Shown here one piece after another: positions 19,813 through 56,090 of a stretch of DNA of 64,000 nt. Under the pieces are notes generated by a model, which was not told the DNA's origin, did not search any database, and saw only the letters and a program-made list of their open reading frames with translations. Position 1 is the first letter of the stretch, and each line of letters starts with the position of its first letter. The stretch covers positions 19,972,125 to 20,036,124 of the forward strand of contig CAVNZM010000001.1 in the NCBI GenBank assembly GCA_963693365.1, given 5' to 3'. The DNA is from Amoebidium appalachense. Taxonomy: Eukaryota > Protista > Ichthyosporea. The position numbers and the translations under genes are program-made.

Positions 19813-22743
19813 GCACCCTCAGAAAATTTACTTGCATCACAACGAATAAGGAAAGCCCCTGCATTTTCGGAAAAGTCAGGCAAGGCAAGTACTTCGTTCG
19901 AATGCGCATTTTTTAAATCTGCGAAAGCCAATCGCATTTCATCAGTCCATTTAAGCACTCGGTGCTTTTCACCATGAGACTCAGCATGCAAAGGCCGTGC
20001 TCTTCCTGCAAAATTTAAAATATGTCTTCGAAGATACGATGCCATGCCTAGGAAACTACGTAGTTGGTGCAACGTTTTCGGTTCCGGCCAAGTTCTGATT
20101 GCTTCTACTTTCTTTGGATCCGGCCTAATTCCACGTTGCCCTACGTACCACCCTAAAAGGGAATTTCTGTAAAGCCAATGTATGTCTTCTTTCCATCCAG
20201 TTTAACACCGTATTTCTCTAATTGAGAAAACGCACGGTCCAGTTTCTGAATTAATTCCTTCTCCGTGTGTGCCCCTACAGCTAAATGATCAGCATGTATT
20301 ACCACATCATCGGCCACAGGTGCCAACACTTGTGCCATAATAGATGCAAGCTGGGCAGGAGACGTGCTCAGGCCTAAGGTTGTGGGGCCACACAGTATTT
20401 ATATGTATTGGGTATTGTCCACAGAGAAACCAGTTTTCTCCCGTGCATCAGCATCCAATAAAATCTGATAAAAAGCACCAGACATATCAGCTTTACAGAA
20501 ATATTTGTACCCCCCCCCCATACTTTCGATTTGTTGTTGCTGATTGGGGATTGGCCAGCCAGATTTCCTAATTTGGGCATTCAAATTACGGAATTTCAGT
20601 CAGTAAACGATAACTTCCGTCCGGTTTTCGTATTACAAAGGTGGGTGAATTGTATTCACTGTGCCCACGTTCCACCTGACCTTTACAGCACATATTCTCT
20701 ACGATCTCTTTGGCCGTCTCTTCTTTTACGTCTTCCAAATCGCCATTGTTTCAATCTGACCGGAGGATGATCACCTGTGTCTATCTGCATTGTCACATCC
20801 TTTGATTTGAGGAAATTCGTCCGGTGCGCCGGTAATGAGCACATTTTTGTGCTTTCTCAGCAACCTATCCACATCCTTTACCAGATGGGTGGGCACCTTG
20901 TTCCAATCGAAACCTATCGGAAACGAACCACCACTGTCACTTGCACCCATGCCTTGCACAAAGGCACCCCGGGTGGTGGGATTTTCGACGTATTCGTATT
21001 CGTATTCATGATATTCACACCCGACAGATTATATTCACTGTGATAATCAGACTGCTCCCGTTCTTTATCACAGCTGTTTCCTTTGTCACCAGCCGCTGTG
21101 GTCGTAGTGTCTGGTTCCCGTTGGGAGGGAGGGGTGGCTGTTGAGAAGCGACCCCCGTCCCCACCCCCCAACCCCCAACGTATCCACCCGTCGATGGATC
21201 CTACTATGGTTTCGTATATTTCTGGATTTTCAAGAGGTTGCATTTTTTCGATTTCATATACGTGCTCCTGGGAACTCGTGGGCTGAAAATAACCTACATT
21301 CCCGTACATGTTTGCATCCTCAAACCGATTCTCACAGACCACAGAGATTTTCTTATCCATTCCGATTTCACAAATGGTGGGAGGAAACTTATCTTTGTAG
21401 GTTTCTGACGGCCAGAAGACACCAAGAGAACCCACGAGCACAGCTCCGGTAACCACAGCAGTGAGGACTTGGCCGGTGCCAGACTTGATGGTCTCATCGG
21501 ACTTGACGGTCACCTCGCACAGGGTGTAGGGTGTGCTCGACTTAACCATTGGCACCTCAACCCCGGTCAACATCTTTAGGGATGACCTCGAATGGTTAGT
21601 GTGCATCTCATTTCTATTAAAGAAGATTTGCTCCGAGTATGAGATCGTGTCTGATAATACTGATGACTAGACACTTCTGCTCATATTCCTCGGAGCCAAT
21701 ACCTGCAGGGGCACAACCATTTCACCTTTCACATACAAGTCACCGTCCTGTTTCCGGACTGAGCTCACAGCAACTTTAGAAGGCAAAAGTTTCAGCTGTT
21801 TGTGATCTTTAAGGTACAAAGCTTCACTCATGACCGAATGAGATGCCCCCGTATCATGTAATGCATAATATACACCGTCACATAATGATGTTTTGACGTA
21901 GTATCTTTGCCTAGCATTACAAAGTGCACTAATTTCCCAGGTAGTATATTCATGCTTATGCTTTTTGATTGGTCGGGAATCATTAGTGGGAGAATCAAGG
22001 TCGGGGTTGGGAGGGTTGGTGGGGGACTCTGCATCACTTGGCACGTTTGCATACTCCGAAAGTCGTTTATTATTATGATATTCAGGCTGGGTCTCAGACC
22101 CAGCCAACAACGACTCTCCCGGGGCACCAGCAAAGGTGCCGGCGCTTACCTATTTGGCTTTGGTGGGGGCACCACGGCCCCCATTGCCCCCCCCTACCGC
22201 CACGGCCACCCCACCCACCCTTACCGCCTTTGCCACCCTTATCGTCGTCCCCACCCTTTTTGGGTTTGTTGGGGCACTCAGACTTCACATGACCAAGATC
22301 GTTACATTTCCAGCACTTTTTAGGTTTGGGCTTTTTGTTGCCCCCCCTCCCCCCCCTCCCCCCCTCCCCCCCCCTCCCCCCCCCTCCCCCCCCCTCCCTC
22401 CCCCCTCCCCCCCCCCCCCCCCCCCTCCCCCCTGACCCTCATGCTGCCGTTTGCCCCCCTTATAAGGTGGGTCAACTGCATCGATAGCTTCCCTAGGCCT
22501 AAGTGTGCACTTCAGGTTGTTAGCCTGTACATCACGTTCATAAGCATTGAGCACTGCATCCTTACAGGCTTGCAATTGCATCGTGCCATGGGTCCTATCG
22601 TTAGCCACGGAGCACAAATCAGGATGGTGACTAAAACACCGAGCATAGGCAAAGCAGATTTGGGTCTCGGGCATATCACCACAATTCGATAAATACTTAT
22701 TGGAATTTCTCGTTGAATGTCGAAACACTGTAGCTACCCAACG

Positions 22744-22968
22744 TGTGGTTTAATTTTTACCCTATCAAAGATATAACACTATATCAAGGTCTACGTGTGG
22801 GGCACGGAACTTCAAGGTATGCTCATGTCGTCCTCGGGTGTCTGCCGTGGCACGTAGCTCTCATTCATCTGATAGATTTACGCGTGTGTGAGTGTCACGG
22901 TCCCCGTTGGGGCTCCCGTCGGGAAGTACTCGTGCACGTCTCTTGCACGTCCCCGTTGTGCTCACACT
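22744..22968 (-). repeat. 5' LTR of Gypsy C, first ~6 nt missing
   Basis: Ends ACCACA (inverse of the TGTGGT start of the 3' LTR at 12506); matches the 3' LTR remnant. Confidence 0.7.
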
Positions 22969-23615
22969 CATGCCAGGGTGGCCCACCAAGTGGCCCACCC
23001 CTCAGGCTGATCGTGTGATCACCGTGTATACCATATCCTTACTAATATATGTTCATATGGTATACAACACCTGGGGAGAGGTATTCCTACTTTTTGAATG
23101 TCTGAAAATTTAACTTCCGTTTTTTCGCGCCAATATTAATTAAGCATAAAGCCTTACTTTGAGATTGCGATATTCCTACGTACTTTGATTATTGTGTTAC
23201 ATGGTGTTGAATAGTTGAGCTAGTGTGTGATGGTGGGACAGCCTTTAAATTTAGACACCGTGATGCAGTCATATATTGGCTCGTGGCAATACTATACCGC
23301 AGTGCAAGTTATGTCCGTGCATGTGCACATGTACGATGTGAGACTGCGGATGTGTGTGACAGTGTATGTGCCACAGTGTGGACACCAGTATTAATTTGGT
23401 CATTGAATCATTATGGTGTACATTCATGGACGTACTAGTAGCCAGCCGGTGCTCTTGAGCTTAACGAAATTTGGAGGGACAGGGAGAGAAAAGGAGGCCG
23501 GGTCCAGGAAGAGGAAGAGAGGTTAAAAGGTGGTGTTGGTGGTGATGGTAGGTGGGGAGGGAGGGGCAGAAAGGGAGGGGCCCCGGGGGGTGGGTGGGTG
23601 GATGGTGGTGGCGGT

Positions 23616-23649
<34 letters not shown>

Positions 23650-24644
23650 TGCTTGTCAAAAGAGAGCGAGAGATCGAGAGAGAGAAAGAGTTCGAAGTTT
23701 CAACTAGCGTTGGTGTGGCAACATCATTATTAATACTGTATTGGCTTGGGTTAGGACGCACAGGAGAATGCTAGGCTTTGGCCAGATGCCCACAGACTAT
23801 GCAAGTCCATATACAAGGGCTATATTAGAGTCTCTTGGGGGGAGGCCCTAAGGGGAACGGGGGTTGTGCGTGTGTGTTCGTGTGTGTTTGAAGAGGGGGG
23901 GAGAGGGCGGGGGGGGAAGGGAGGGGAGGGGGTTGGAGGGTATTGAAGCGCTGAAGGTTTCAAAGTTTATTATCATAGTCAAAAATTATCATGGACACCA
24001 TTGGATCGATGTTGCCTTCATTTCAGATTACGTCTCAAAAAGCTGAATTTGACCCAACGATGGACGAGCTTTAATATTCAATGGTTGGGCACAGCTAGTG
24101 ACATAGTATTAAATTTCAATAACTATTCTAAGGCTTGCGGCGTGTTTAGTCCCTTGCCCATTAAATCCAACCTGTAAGTGAAGAGACATATAATACCAGA
24201 TACACTTAGTGTGCGTTATGTCGCTAAGTGGTGACTGTACATGTGTGTGTGTGTGTGTGTGTGCGCGTGCATGTGTGCGTGTGTGTGTGTGTGTGAGAGA
24301 GAGAGTGTGTGTGTGTGTGTGCGTGCGGGTATCTGCGTGCTTGCGCGCGTGTTTGTGCGTATGTGGTCCGGGACGTTATCTAGAACGACCTACAAGATTT
24401 CTGTAGAACTATGCAAAGGTACTCTGATACATCAGGTTTACTCAATTCATCGCGCGTTCATCATGAATTAACGATATCGATTATCAAACAATCAAAAAAT
24501 TCATCCACTTGTCTTTCCCCTAGAAATGCATCTGTCATAGGGCATGCATGGGAACAAACCATCTAGTTTATTGCTGAGATGACTTCTATTAATCTAACTT
24601 TCAAGGTTTCGTTTCCCAGCACATAAAATAATTTCTTTTCAGGG

Positions 24645-42196
<17,552 letters not shown>

Positions 42197-43579
42197 CTTT
42201 CAGAGTGGCACCGAATAAATAAAAACGAAAATACCGGATGCCTCTCGCTGCCTATCCCGAGAGTATTTCCAGAGACGACTCCTTTTAGCACAAGTAAATC
42301 CACTGCCTGCTTCTACATGCACACAGTACGTACGGCGCAGCATTGGGGCAACTGACCCCCATGCAGGCTATGTTTTTTTCGCTATGCAAAGTGCATGTCT
42401 CTACACGTATGAATGTTCATGCCAGATAATAAGTACTCCCTCCGGATCCTGACTTCGAGACGTGTACGTACGGGAGGCCGATATATGATGTGTGAAAGCC
42501 CAGGATAATGTGTATCGGTGTTTGTCGTGCGTTGTGATTCACGTCCAAAGCCTATCATTTGGGTCTGTGGTCTAGACTTCGAAATTCTCCCCATTTCAAT
42601 GACGGGTGGATCGACTGTTTGCCGGCGCATGCGCACGCACTGCGCAGTGGTTCTCGAGAGTGCGTACAAATAACCACAGCCGCTGTTCGATACAGCAATT
42701 CTGGATTATCTCACACATAAAATTCTACGGCTAGGTTTACCTATTTCGAACCGCAGGGTCTATGTAGCTATTTATATGTAGTTAGTGTTCATTTTGTTAC
42801 ACCTAAAAGAAGCTTCTAATGTTCAATTCATCAAGGTTTGATTTGATAGAGCTAGTAATACTTCAACATGTATTCTCGGAACGGAATAGTGGACATAATC
42901 TCAACATACTTTTCCCATGGAAATTTAAAAACAGGGATAGACATTAGCTTTTTCGTGAACCCTTACCAAACCAAACGTCATTGATCAGAGGAGATAACAG
43001 CCATAAAAGGAAGGTATTCCAGGGCTGAGAAGGCTTTTGATTGGTAAGGGCAACCCACTAGAGTCGTCATCATTTAGTAAAATATATGCGTAACGTTGCA
43101 AGATTTCCAACAGTTTTGATTGCTAAAAAAGGCCGAATGCAACATATAATCAGCAAGCTTATACATATGTACGCAAGTCATCTACTTAAGATTTATCATA
43201 TATTTATATATCAATAAACCACTTACTTACTTCCGTAAATGTCATTCTATAGCGACACTTACCTTATATTATTGTGCCACTCAGATCCCAAAGAGTCAAA
43301 AGAAAACTTGCGCTTGCTGTGGGGGTCCTTCATGTTAGCTCCCACGCATTCTGTAGCTCTAGGGACACAAAAGTGGTGTCGTCTGCACAGTGTTTGATTG
43401 GTCCAATCTTCTAAAAGATAAGCCAATCAAGTTCGCACAGAACTTTGGCTCATGATTGCGCAAACAGCAAGTTTCGATTACCCACACACTTGGATGGAAT
43501 GCAGCCAAGAGCCGTTTTGATTGGATGTCTGTATATCTGGATGTCAATTTTCGTGGTTATTTGGGATAACATTCATAGC

Positions 43580-45079
43580 TTCGCTCGCTTCGCTTTATTA
43601 AATTTCTTTGAATTGCTTGTTTTCATTTAGTTAGGATACCTGATGGTCACCCTCTTTATGCTTTCTTCCCCCCCCTCCCTCCATCCCTCTTCCCCCCCGA
43701 TTCACCAACGCCACTTCTGAATGTCCTCAGCCTACCCTCTTTCAACCTGATTCTTCCTCTCGCTATCTCACTCCCTAGAATTATTTTCTCTTCCTGTTTT
43801 TTCTGCCTTTTCGAGTTATTACCATACGCAGTATAAGTTTCTTTCTCGTTCTGATAGAGAAATCAAAGGTAAAACTCAGTCGGCATGTGTTATGTTCCTT
43901 AGGCAACACCGTAGTGATCATTATCGCTTTTTGGGAGTTTTGGCAGGATACATTTCAGAATCTCCTGCTGTACGTATGGATACCACCCTAGTAGATAAGT
44001 CTGTATGGTGCTATTGCCTGGGAAGTTGTGCAGTGGCGTTGTAATTCTTGTTTCCATCGCCGCTGGTGCCACTTTTGTGCTGAACTTTTTAATCGAAAGC
44101 ATGTTGATAGTTGTGAGTTTTTATGTCGCGTTTTGCCTCTTTCAGTTCCCTACGGGTGTCTGCTACACTGGCTGGCAATGTGAACACTTTAGACTTTTCA
44201 TTATGTAAATTAGCTACTTCTATTCATCCTTCCTCTCGTAAACCTACCACACTTGCCGATTTTGCCATTTTAACCCCTTCGTGTGATATTGCTTGGAAAT
44301 GTTTGTTTTGGCGTTGTAACCCTAGTTTCCATAAATGTTTGTGTCACTTTTGTGCAGAACCTCTTTCTCGCAAACATCTACATCTAAGATAAATGTATTT
44401 ATTTATCTCACTGACAGATTCTTCCGTTAGAAATGCGGACTTCATATCACTTTCCTTTCACATCAATTTTTTTTCCCGATTTTTCATCATGGCAGGTATA
44501 CATATTATTAATATAAGAGCTTTCGCTTCTTTCTTTTTGGGACTTCATTTTCACTTCGATCACTTTCCTTTCACATCAATTTATTTTCCCGACTTTTCAT
44601 CATGGCACTGCGGAAGACACTCGATAAGGTCTCATGCTTGTGGAAGGCACACAATATGCAGGACTCGAATAGGCGACGAAATATGTTAGTTAAGGTGACT
44701 GGCCGGAAGGAAGAAATCGGACCAGTAGAGACCTTCTTGCGGACGGGATTTATAATGGTGTCATTCCACGACGAAGGAATGAATCCAAACTCATAGAAGG
44801 CAGAGAAAAATTCGCTCACCAAATACGCAAAAGGGGGTGGAGGCGGCGTATTCCCGCCTTTGGCAATAACGGGCGGAGGGCACAATGCCTTAAGATTATT
44901 TAAGTCGTTATCTCCTCCGTATCCGAGAGTGAGGGCTTTTGTATTTTTCTTCTCCGAGATATCGGTGATATCTCGATGGCTTCTATTTTGCTGAGCATGT
45001 CAATAAAGCCATTATAAAAAATGATTTTCACACAGTGTTCAGGTATCTCAGTATGCACTTGTTACTGGATAGCTCGTGA
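43580..45079. mobile_element. Scrambled LINE fragments
   Basis: ~43620-44200 matches 46593-47177; 44210-44390 is a diverged relative; 44571-44885 is an inverted RT fragment (FRPVTLTNIFRRLFE); 45021-45079 matches 47213-47272. Confidence 0.85.
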
Positions 45080-47474
45080 AATCCGCCGGTCGGTTTGGGC
45101 CTTCCGTGCAAGTCTATGCCCCGTCTCCTTCCATCTCCGTTGCTGAATCCGTCGATGACTATTATGCTTCCCTATTTTCGCTTCCTAACGTGTCCACGGT
45201 TCCATCACCGCCCGCTGGCCTCTCCCAGCCGCCAAGTTGGGAGCCGGACCGATCGTTCCCGGGCACTTTTCATAGTTATTTCAACTCTTCGGCTGTTTTT
45301 GGTGCTATACGGGCGTTAAAACCCCGCAAGGCGTGCGGGCCGGATGCTCTTCCTCCCGTGCTTTTCAAGGTTCTTTCTCCCGTGCTTCCGCCCCGTAATC
45401 GTGCAGAGTCCCCCCCGCCCCCGCCTTTTGCTGTCCTTCTTAGTGAGTTTTTTTCGGCTTTTTTCGAACTCGGGTTTATTCCAAATTCGTGGCTTGACAC
45501 AATCGTTACGCCCGTTCGTAAGAAGGTATCGCAGGGGGTCATTAACGACTTTCGTCCCGTCACACTTACCAACGTTTTTCGTCGGCTCTTCGAGGGTTGC
45601 ATGCTTCGCGCGTTTAACACCGACGATTCTTTAAACGCCGTGTTCCGTCTTTCTTCCCTTTAAGGGGGCTTTCGTCATGCCTATTCGTGTTATACTCACA
45701 GTCTGTTACTCCATGAATCCATTACTTCTGGCTCTCCACACGTTGTCTTCATCGACCTTAAGAACGCCTACGACACCGTACCCACTGGTTTGTTATGGCA
45801 TAAGCTAGCTATGCGGGGCTTACCAGCCCCCTTTGGCCGTCTTCTGCAAGCGTTGTTCGATACCACTCGCGGACGCGCGGCGGTCAATGGAACATTAACA
45901 CCCGGTTTTTCCCGTTCCCGGGGTCTTCTGCAGGGGTCCCTCCTGAGTCCGTTGTTGTTTGACGTTTTCATTGACGATTTAGCCTGCGCCCTCGAACCCT
46001 TTGGCCAACTGCATACCCGTCGTGTACCGGGTCTCCTTTTTGCGGACGATATTGTTCTTCAAAGTTTGTTCCTTAACCGAAGATGTCATGCACCAGATAC
46101 TTCGTCAGGTGGATCAATGGTGCACCGAGAATTTCATGACAGTCGGAATTGCAAAGTGTGCTACTTTTTCGAAGAACACTGTTCCTTTCGATTGGCCGGC
46201 CTTCCTATTCCTGTTCAGAGCACCTATGACTATTTGGGTATTCCTTTTACTGCACGGGGTATTGATTTCCGCAAGCTCCTCACAGCACGGATCGCTCGTG
46301 CGAAGGGTAAGCTTCACATCGTGTCAAATATGTTTCAACAGGAGTCTGTGATCCATCCTGCGAACCTTCTTCTCTACTATAAAACTTTTTTACGGCCGAC
46401 TTTCGAATATGGACTTCCGCTATTGGCCTGCGCCCCACCTCGCGAGGCGGCAATGGCGCTGAACGAGTTCGACGATTTTCAGGGTACTGCGCTACGCACT
46501 TTGTTTCGTACTCGGTTTGTGCCTCCCTTAATCAGTATGTTTGGATTGTCGTCTGCTGTTTGTCGTATGGAGGAATTGTCTCTTCGTTTTGGTTTTCATT
46601 TAGTTAGGCTACCTGATGGTCATCCTCTTTATGCTTTCTTTCCCCCCCCTCCCTCCATCCCTCTTCCCCCCCGATTCACCAACGCTACTTCTGAATGTCC
46701 TCAGCCTACCCTCTTTTCACCTGATTCTTCCTCTCGCTATCTCACTCCCTCTTTCTTTTCTCTTCCTGTTTTTTCTGCCTTTTCGCGTTATTACCATACG
46801 CAGTTACTGTATAAGTTTCTTTCTCGTTCTGATAGAGAAATCAAAGGTAAAACTCAGTCGGCATGTGTTATGTTCCTTAGGCAACACCGTACTGATCATT
46901 ATCGCTTTTTGGGAGCTTTGGCAGGATACATTTCTCCTGCTGTACGTATGGATACAACCCTAGTAGATAAGTCTGTATGGTGCTCTGATGTTGATATTGC
47001 CTGGGAAGTTGTGCAGTGGCGCTGTAATTCTTGTTTTCATCGCCGCTGGTGCCACTTTTGTGCTGACCTTTTTAATCGCAAGCATGTTGATAGGTGTGAA
47101 TTTTTATGTCGCGTTTTACCTCTTTCCCTCCGGGTATCTGCTACACTAGCTGGCAATGTGAACACTTTAGACTTTTTGTTGAATTCTGTTGGTCGTCACA
47201 TTGAGTATTTATATGATTTTCACACAGTGTTCAGGTATCTCAGTATGCACTTGTTACTGGATAACTCGTGAAGTTTTTTTCTTGTCTTCTCAGTATGCCG
47301 TGCATACTTGTCATATCTTTCCGTCGAATAAATCCAGTCAAAAGAAAAAAAATCATTCCGTCGAATACAGTAAATCCAGTCAAAAGAAAAAAAAGTTTTT
47401 ATTGTCTTCTCAGTATGCCGTGCATACTTGCATATCTTTCCGTCGAATAAATCCAGTCAAAACAAGAAAAAACA
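45076..47474 (+). mobile_element. 5'-truncated non-LTR retrotransposon (LINE) with RT pseudogene
   Basis: KACGPDAL, FRPVTL, stop at 45661 replacing Q of QGGFR, FIDLKNAYD, GLLQGSLLSPLLF, LFADD, YDYLG; C-terminal Cys/His cluster; AATAAA and A-rich tail. Confidence 0.9.
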
Positions 47475-47534
47475 TTTGCTTGCGTTTTTTTTCGCCTCTT
47501 TCCTTTGTGTTGCAAATGCAAGTTAGTAGTGAAC

Positions 47535-53925
<6,391 letters not shown>

Positions 53926-54196
53926 CCAGGTTGGGGAATAACCTGTCCCGGGATTTTTGTTTACGGTTTTCGTACTTGCGGAGTGCAGTAGCTGGTTATC
54001 AAACTCCGAATGTTCTGGATGTGCCCTCCTATCGAGACGCTATCAGTTCCTCTTTTTATACGTTGTACTTGAAGGTGCTGAGACGGGAAGATTTTCTTGT
54101 TCTGGGATAGGTAATGTACAGTACGAAATGATTTAGGTGTTGACTATTGCTACGAAGGTTGTGAAAGTAGCGTGAATGTGGTATTGGTATGTATGC

Positions 54197-54305
<109 letters not shown>

Positions 54306-54400
54306 CTGTGTGTAGGTACAAACGCATGCGCACATTCACGTACACACGTGCACAGACACTGCGCGTGCACACGCTCACGCGCACACAAATACCATGACGC

Positions 54401-54433
<33 letters not shown>

Positions 54434-54547
54434 ATTCCCTTTAATTTGTATGATTCTTTTCAAGACTAATTGGGCACATATGATCATATAATAGATCATG
54501 ATATCAAATCTGTGTATGTGCGCGCGGGCGTGTGCGTGAGTGTGTGC

Positions 54548-54604
<57 letters not shown>

Positions 54605-54796
54605 CTGATTTTCCTTCCTCCTCTCTTCCTTTCCCAAGTTTTTTTTTTGTTGGGTGCGTATACGTGTGTGTGTGTGTGTGGGTTTTCTGATTTTCCTTCC
54701 TCCTTACTTTTTTTTTTCTTTTTTCCTTTTTTTTTTTGGTGCGTACGTGTGTGTGTGTGCAAGTGTTTGGTGGTGGTGGTGGGGAGTGGGGAGTGG

Positions 54797-54921
54797 GGTT
54801 TGAATGCGCCAAATTTAAAAAGTACGAAGTACACATGAACAGCGGATAACACGATGCAAAGTGCAAACCATGCATAAAGAGTATGCATAATAAGCAGAGC
54901 CCATCCTCAGAAGGGGCCCAC
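54797..54921. repeat. Dispersed repeat, copy 3
   Basis: Close match to 28851-28969. Confidence 0.85.
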
Positions 54922-54927
54922 GGTGGT

Positions 54928-54970
<43 letters not shown>

Positions 54971-55924
54971 GTTGATAAATTGAGCTGATAGACGTGCTCC
55001 AGAACGGTACATGATAGTACTGTCCATGCACATACCCCCCTTCCCCTCCCCGGGCCTGGGCCGGGGCCCCGGGGAGGGAGGGGAGGGGGGTGGGGGGATC
55101 AATACGCACCGTTGTTCTATTCCTCATGAGTCTTTGAACACAATACTAAGACCAAAAAGCTCCCCCCTCCCCTCCCGTTTCCCCCTCACACCCCCTCTGG
55201 TAAATCCCTCGAGCCCCCCCCCCCCCCCCCCCCCCCCTCCCTTCCTTCCGCCTTACTGGTGAATCTTTTGAGGCCACCCACCCCCCCCCCCCCCCCTCCC
55301 CCTCTCCCCCCCCCCCCCTCCCCCCCCACTCCCCGCCCTCCCTTCCCTCTTGCTGGTAAATCTGCGAGGGCAACCCTGTGGATGGCATGGACATACACCC
55401 ATACGAACATACAGCAGTGCCCATGCGCGGGCATGCACATCACACGCACCAACTGTCAGTCCCAAATCACTTGTGTCAACTGCTTAGACAGGAGGATTGT
55501 TATTTCTTGCAACTTGGCCATTAATTAAGAATTGCCATTTCATAAATATACTATAAGTCTAGTGCCGCGTAAATATGAGCGCTACGCACGCTACCAGTAT
55601 ACAGGGTATATTATATATATATGCTAAGTTCATAGCCACGTTTGACTCACTCACCGAATTGGCAGTACAATACTATGACATATATTTACCTATCGACATA
55701 CATGCATATTCGAGCGTACTATATATTATACACTATTACACATGGATAGTACTAACAGACACCCGATACGAAAGTCGGATGATATTGATGCAGGAGTGCA
55801 ATCGTCGATCTTTCCTTCGACGCATGTGGCTATGCACACACCTCGAGGCCACTAGCCCAACTGATATCCTCTACCTAAATCGATACACAAGGCCCTTTCC
55901 CCACCAGTCTCCCCACCACCACCC

Positions 55925-55955
<31 letters not shown>

Positions 55956-56090
55956 AAAACAAAAACAAAAACAAAAAAAACACGCACAAACACACACACA
56001 CTCCCAGGAAATTCAATCCCCATTGCCCTTTCAACCTACAACTGCAAAGGGCCCCACCATGAAACACAGTCATGACGCACACACCTAACA

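Larger units (their letters stand above)
12466..22968 (-). mobile_element. Decayed chromodomain Ty3/Gypsy element C (host of the Copia and of element B)
   Basis: Shared LTR sequence GCACGTCTCTTGCACGTCCCCGTTGTGCTCACACT at 12466-12500 and 22934-22968; PPT 12507-12517; gag knuckle CWKCNDLGHVKSEC (~22277-22318); PR ALHDTGASHS; RT remnants 19990-20770; RNase H split by the Copia; chromodomain remnant VVEEILDMKIKK (~12650-12760); many stops and deletions. Confidence 0.88.

Noticed and set aside
45021-45079. Penelope-like pseudo-LTR (direct repeat of 47213-47272)
   Set aside because: RT motifs are LINE-type; the repeat is better explained as the tail of the interrupted upstream copy
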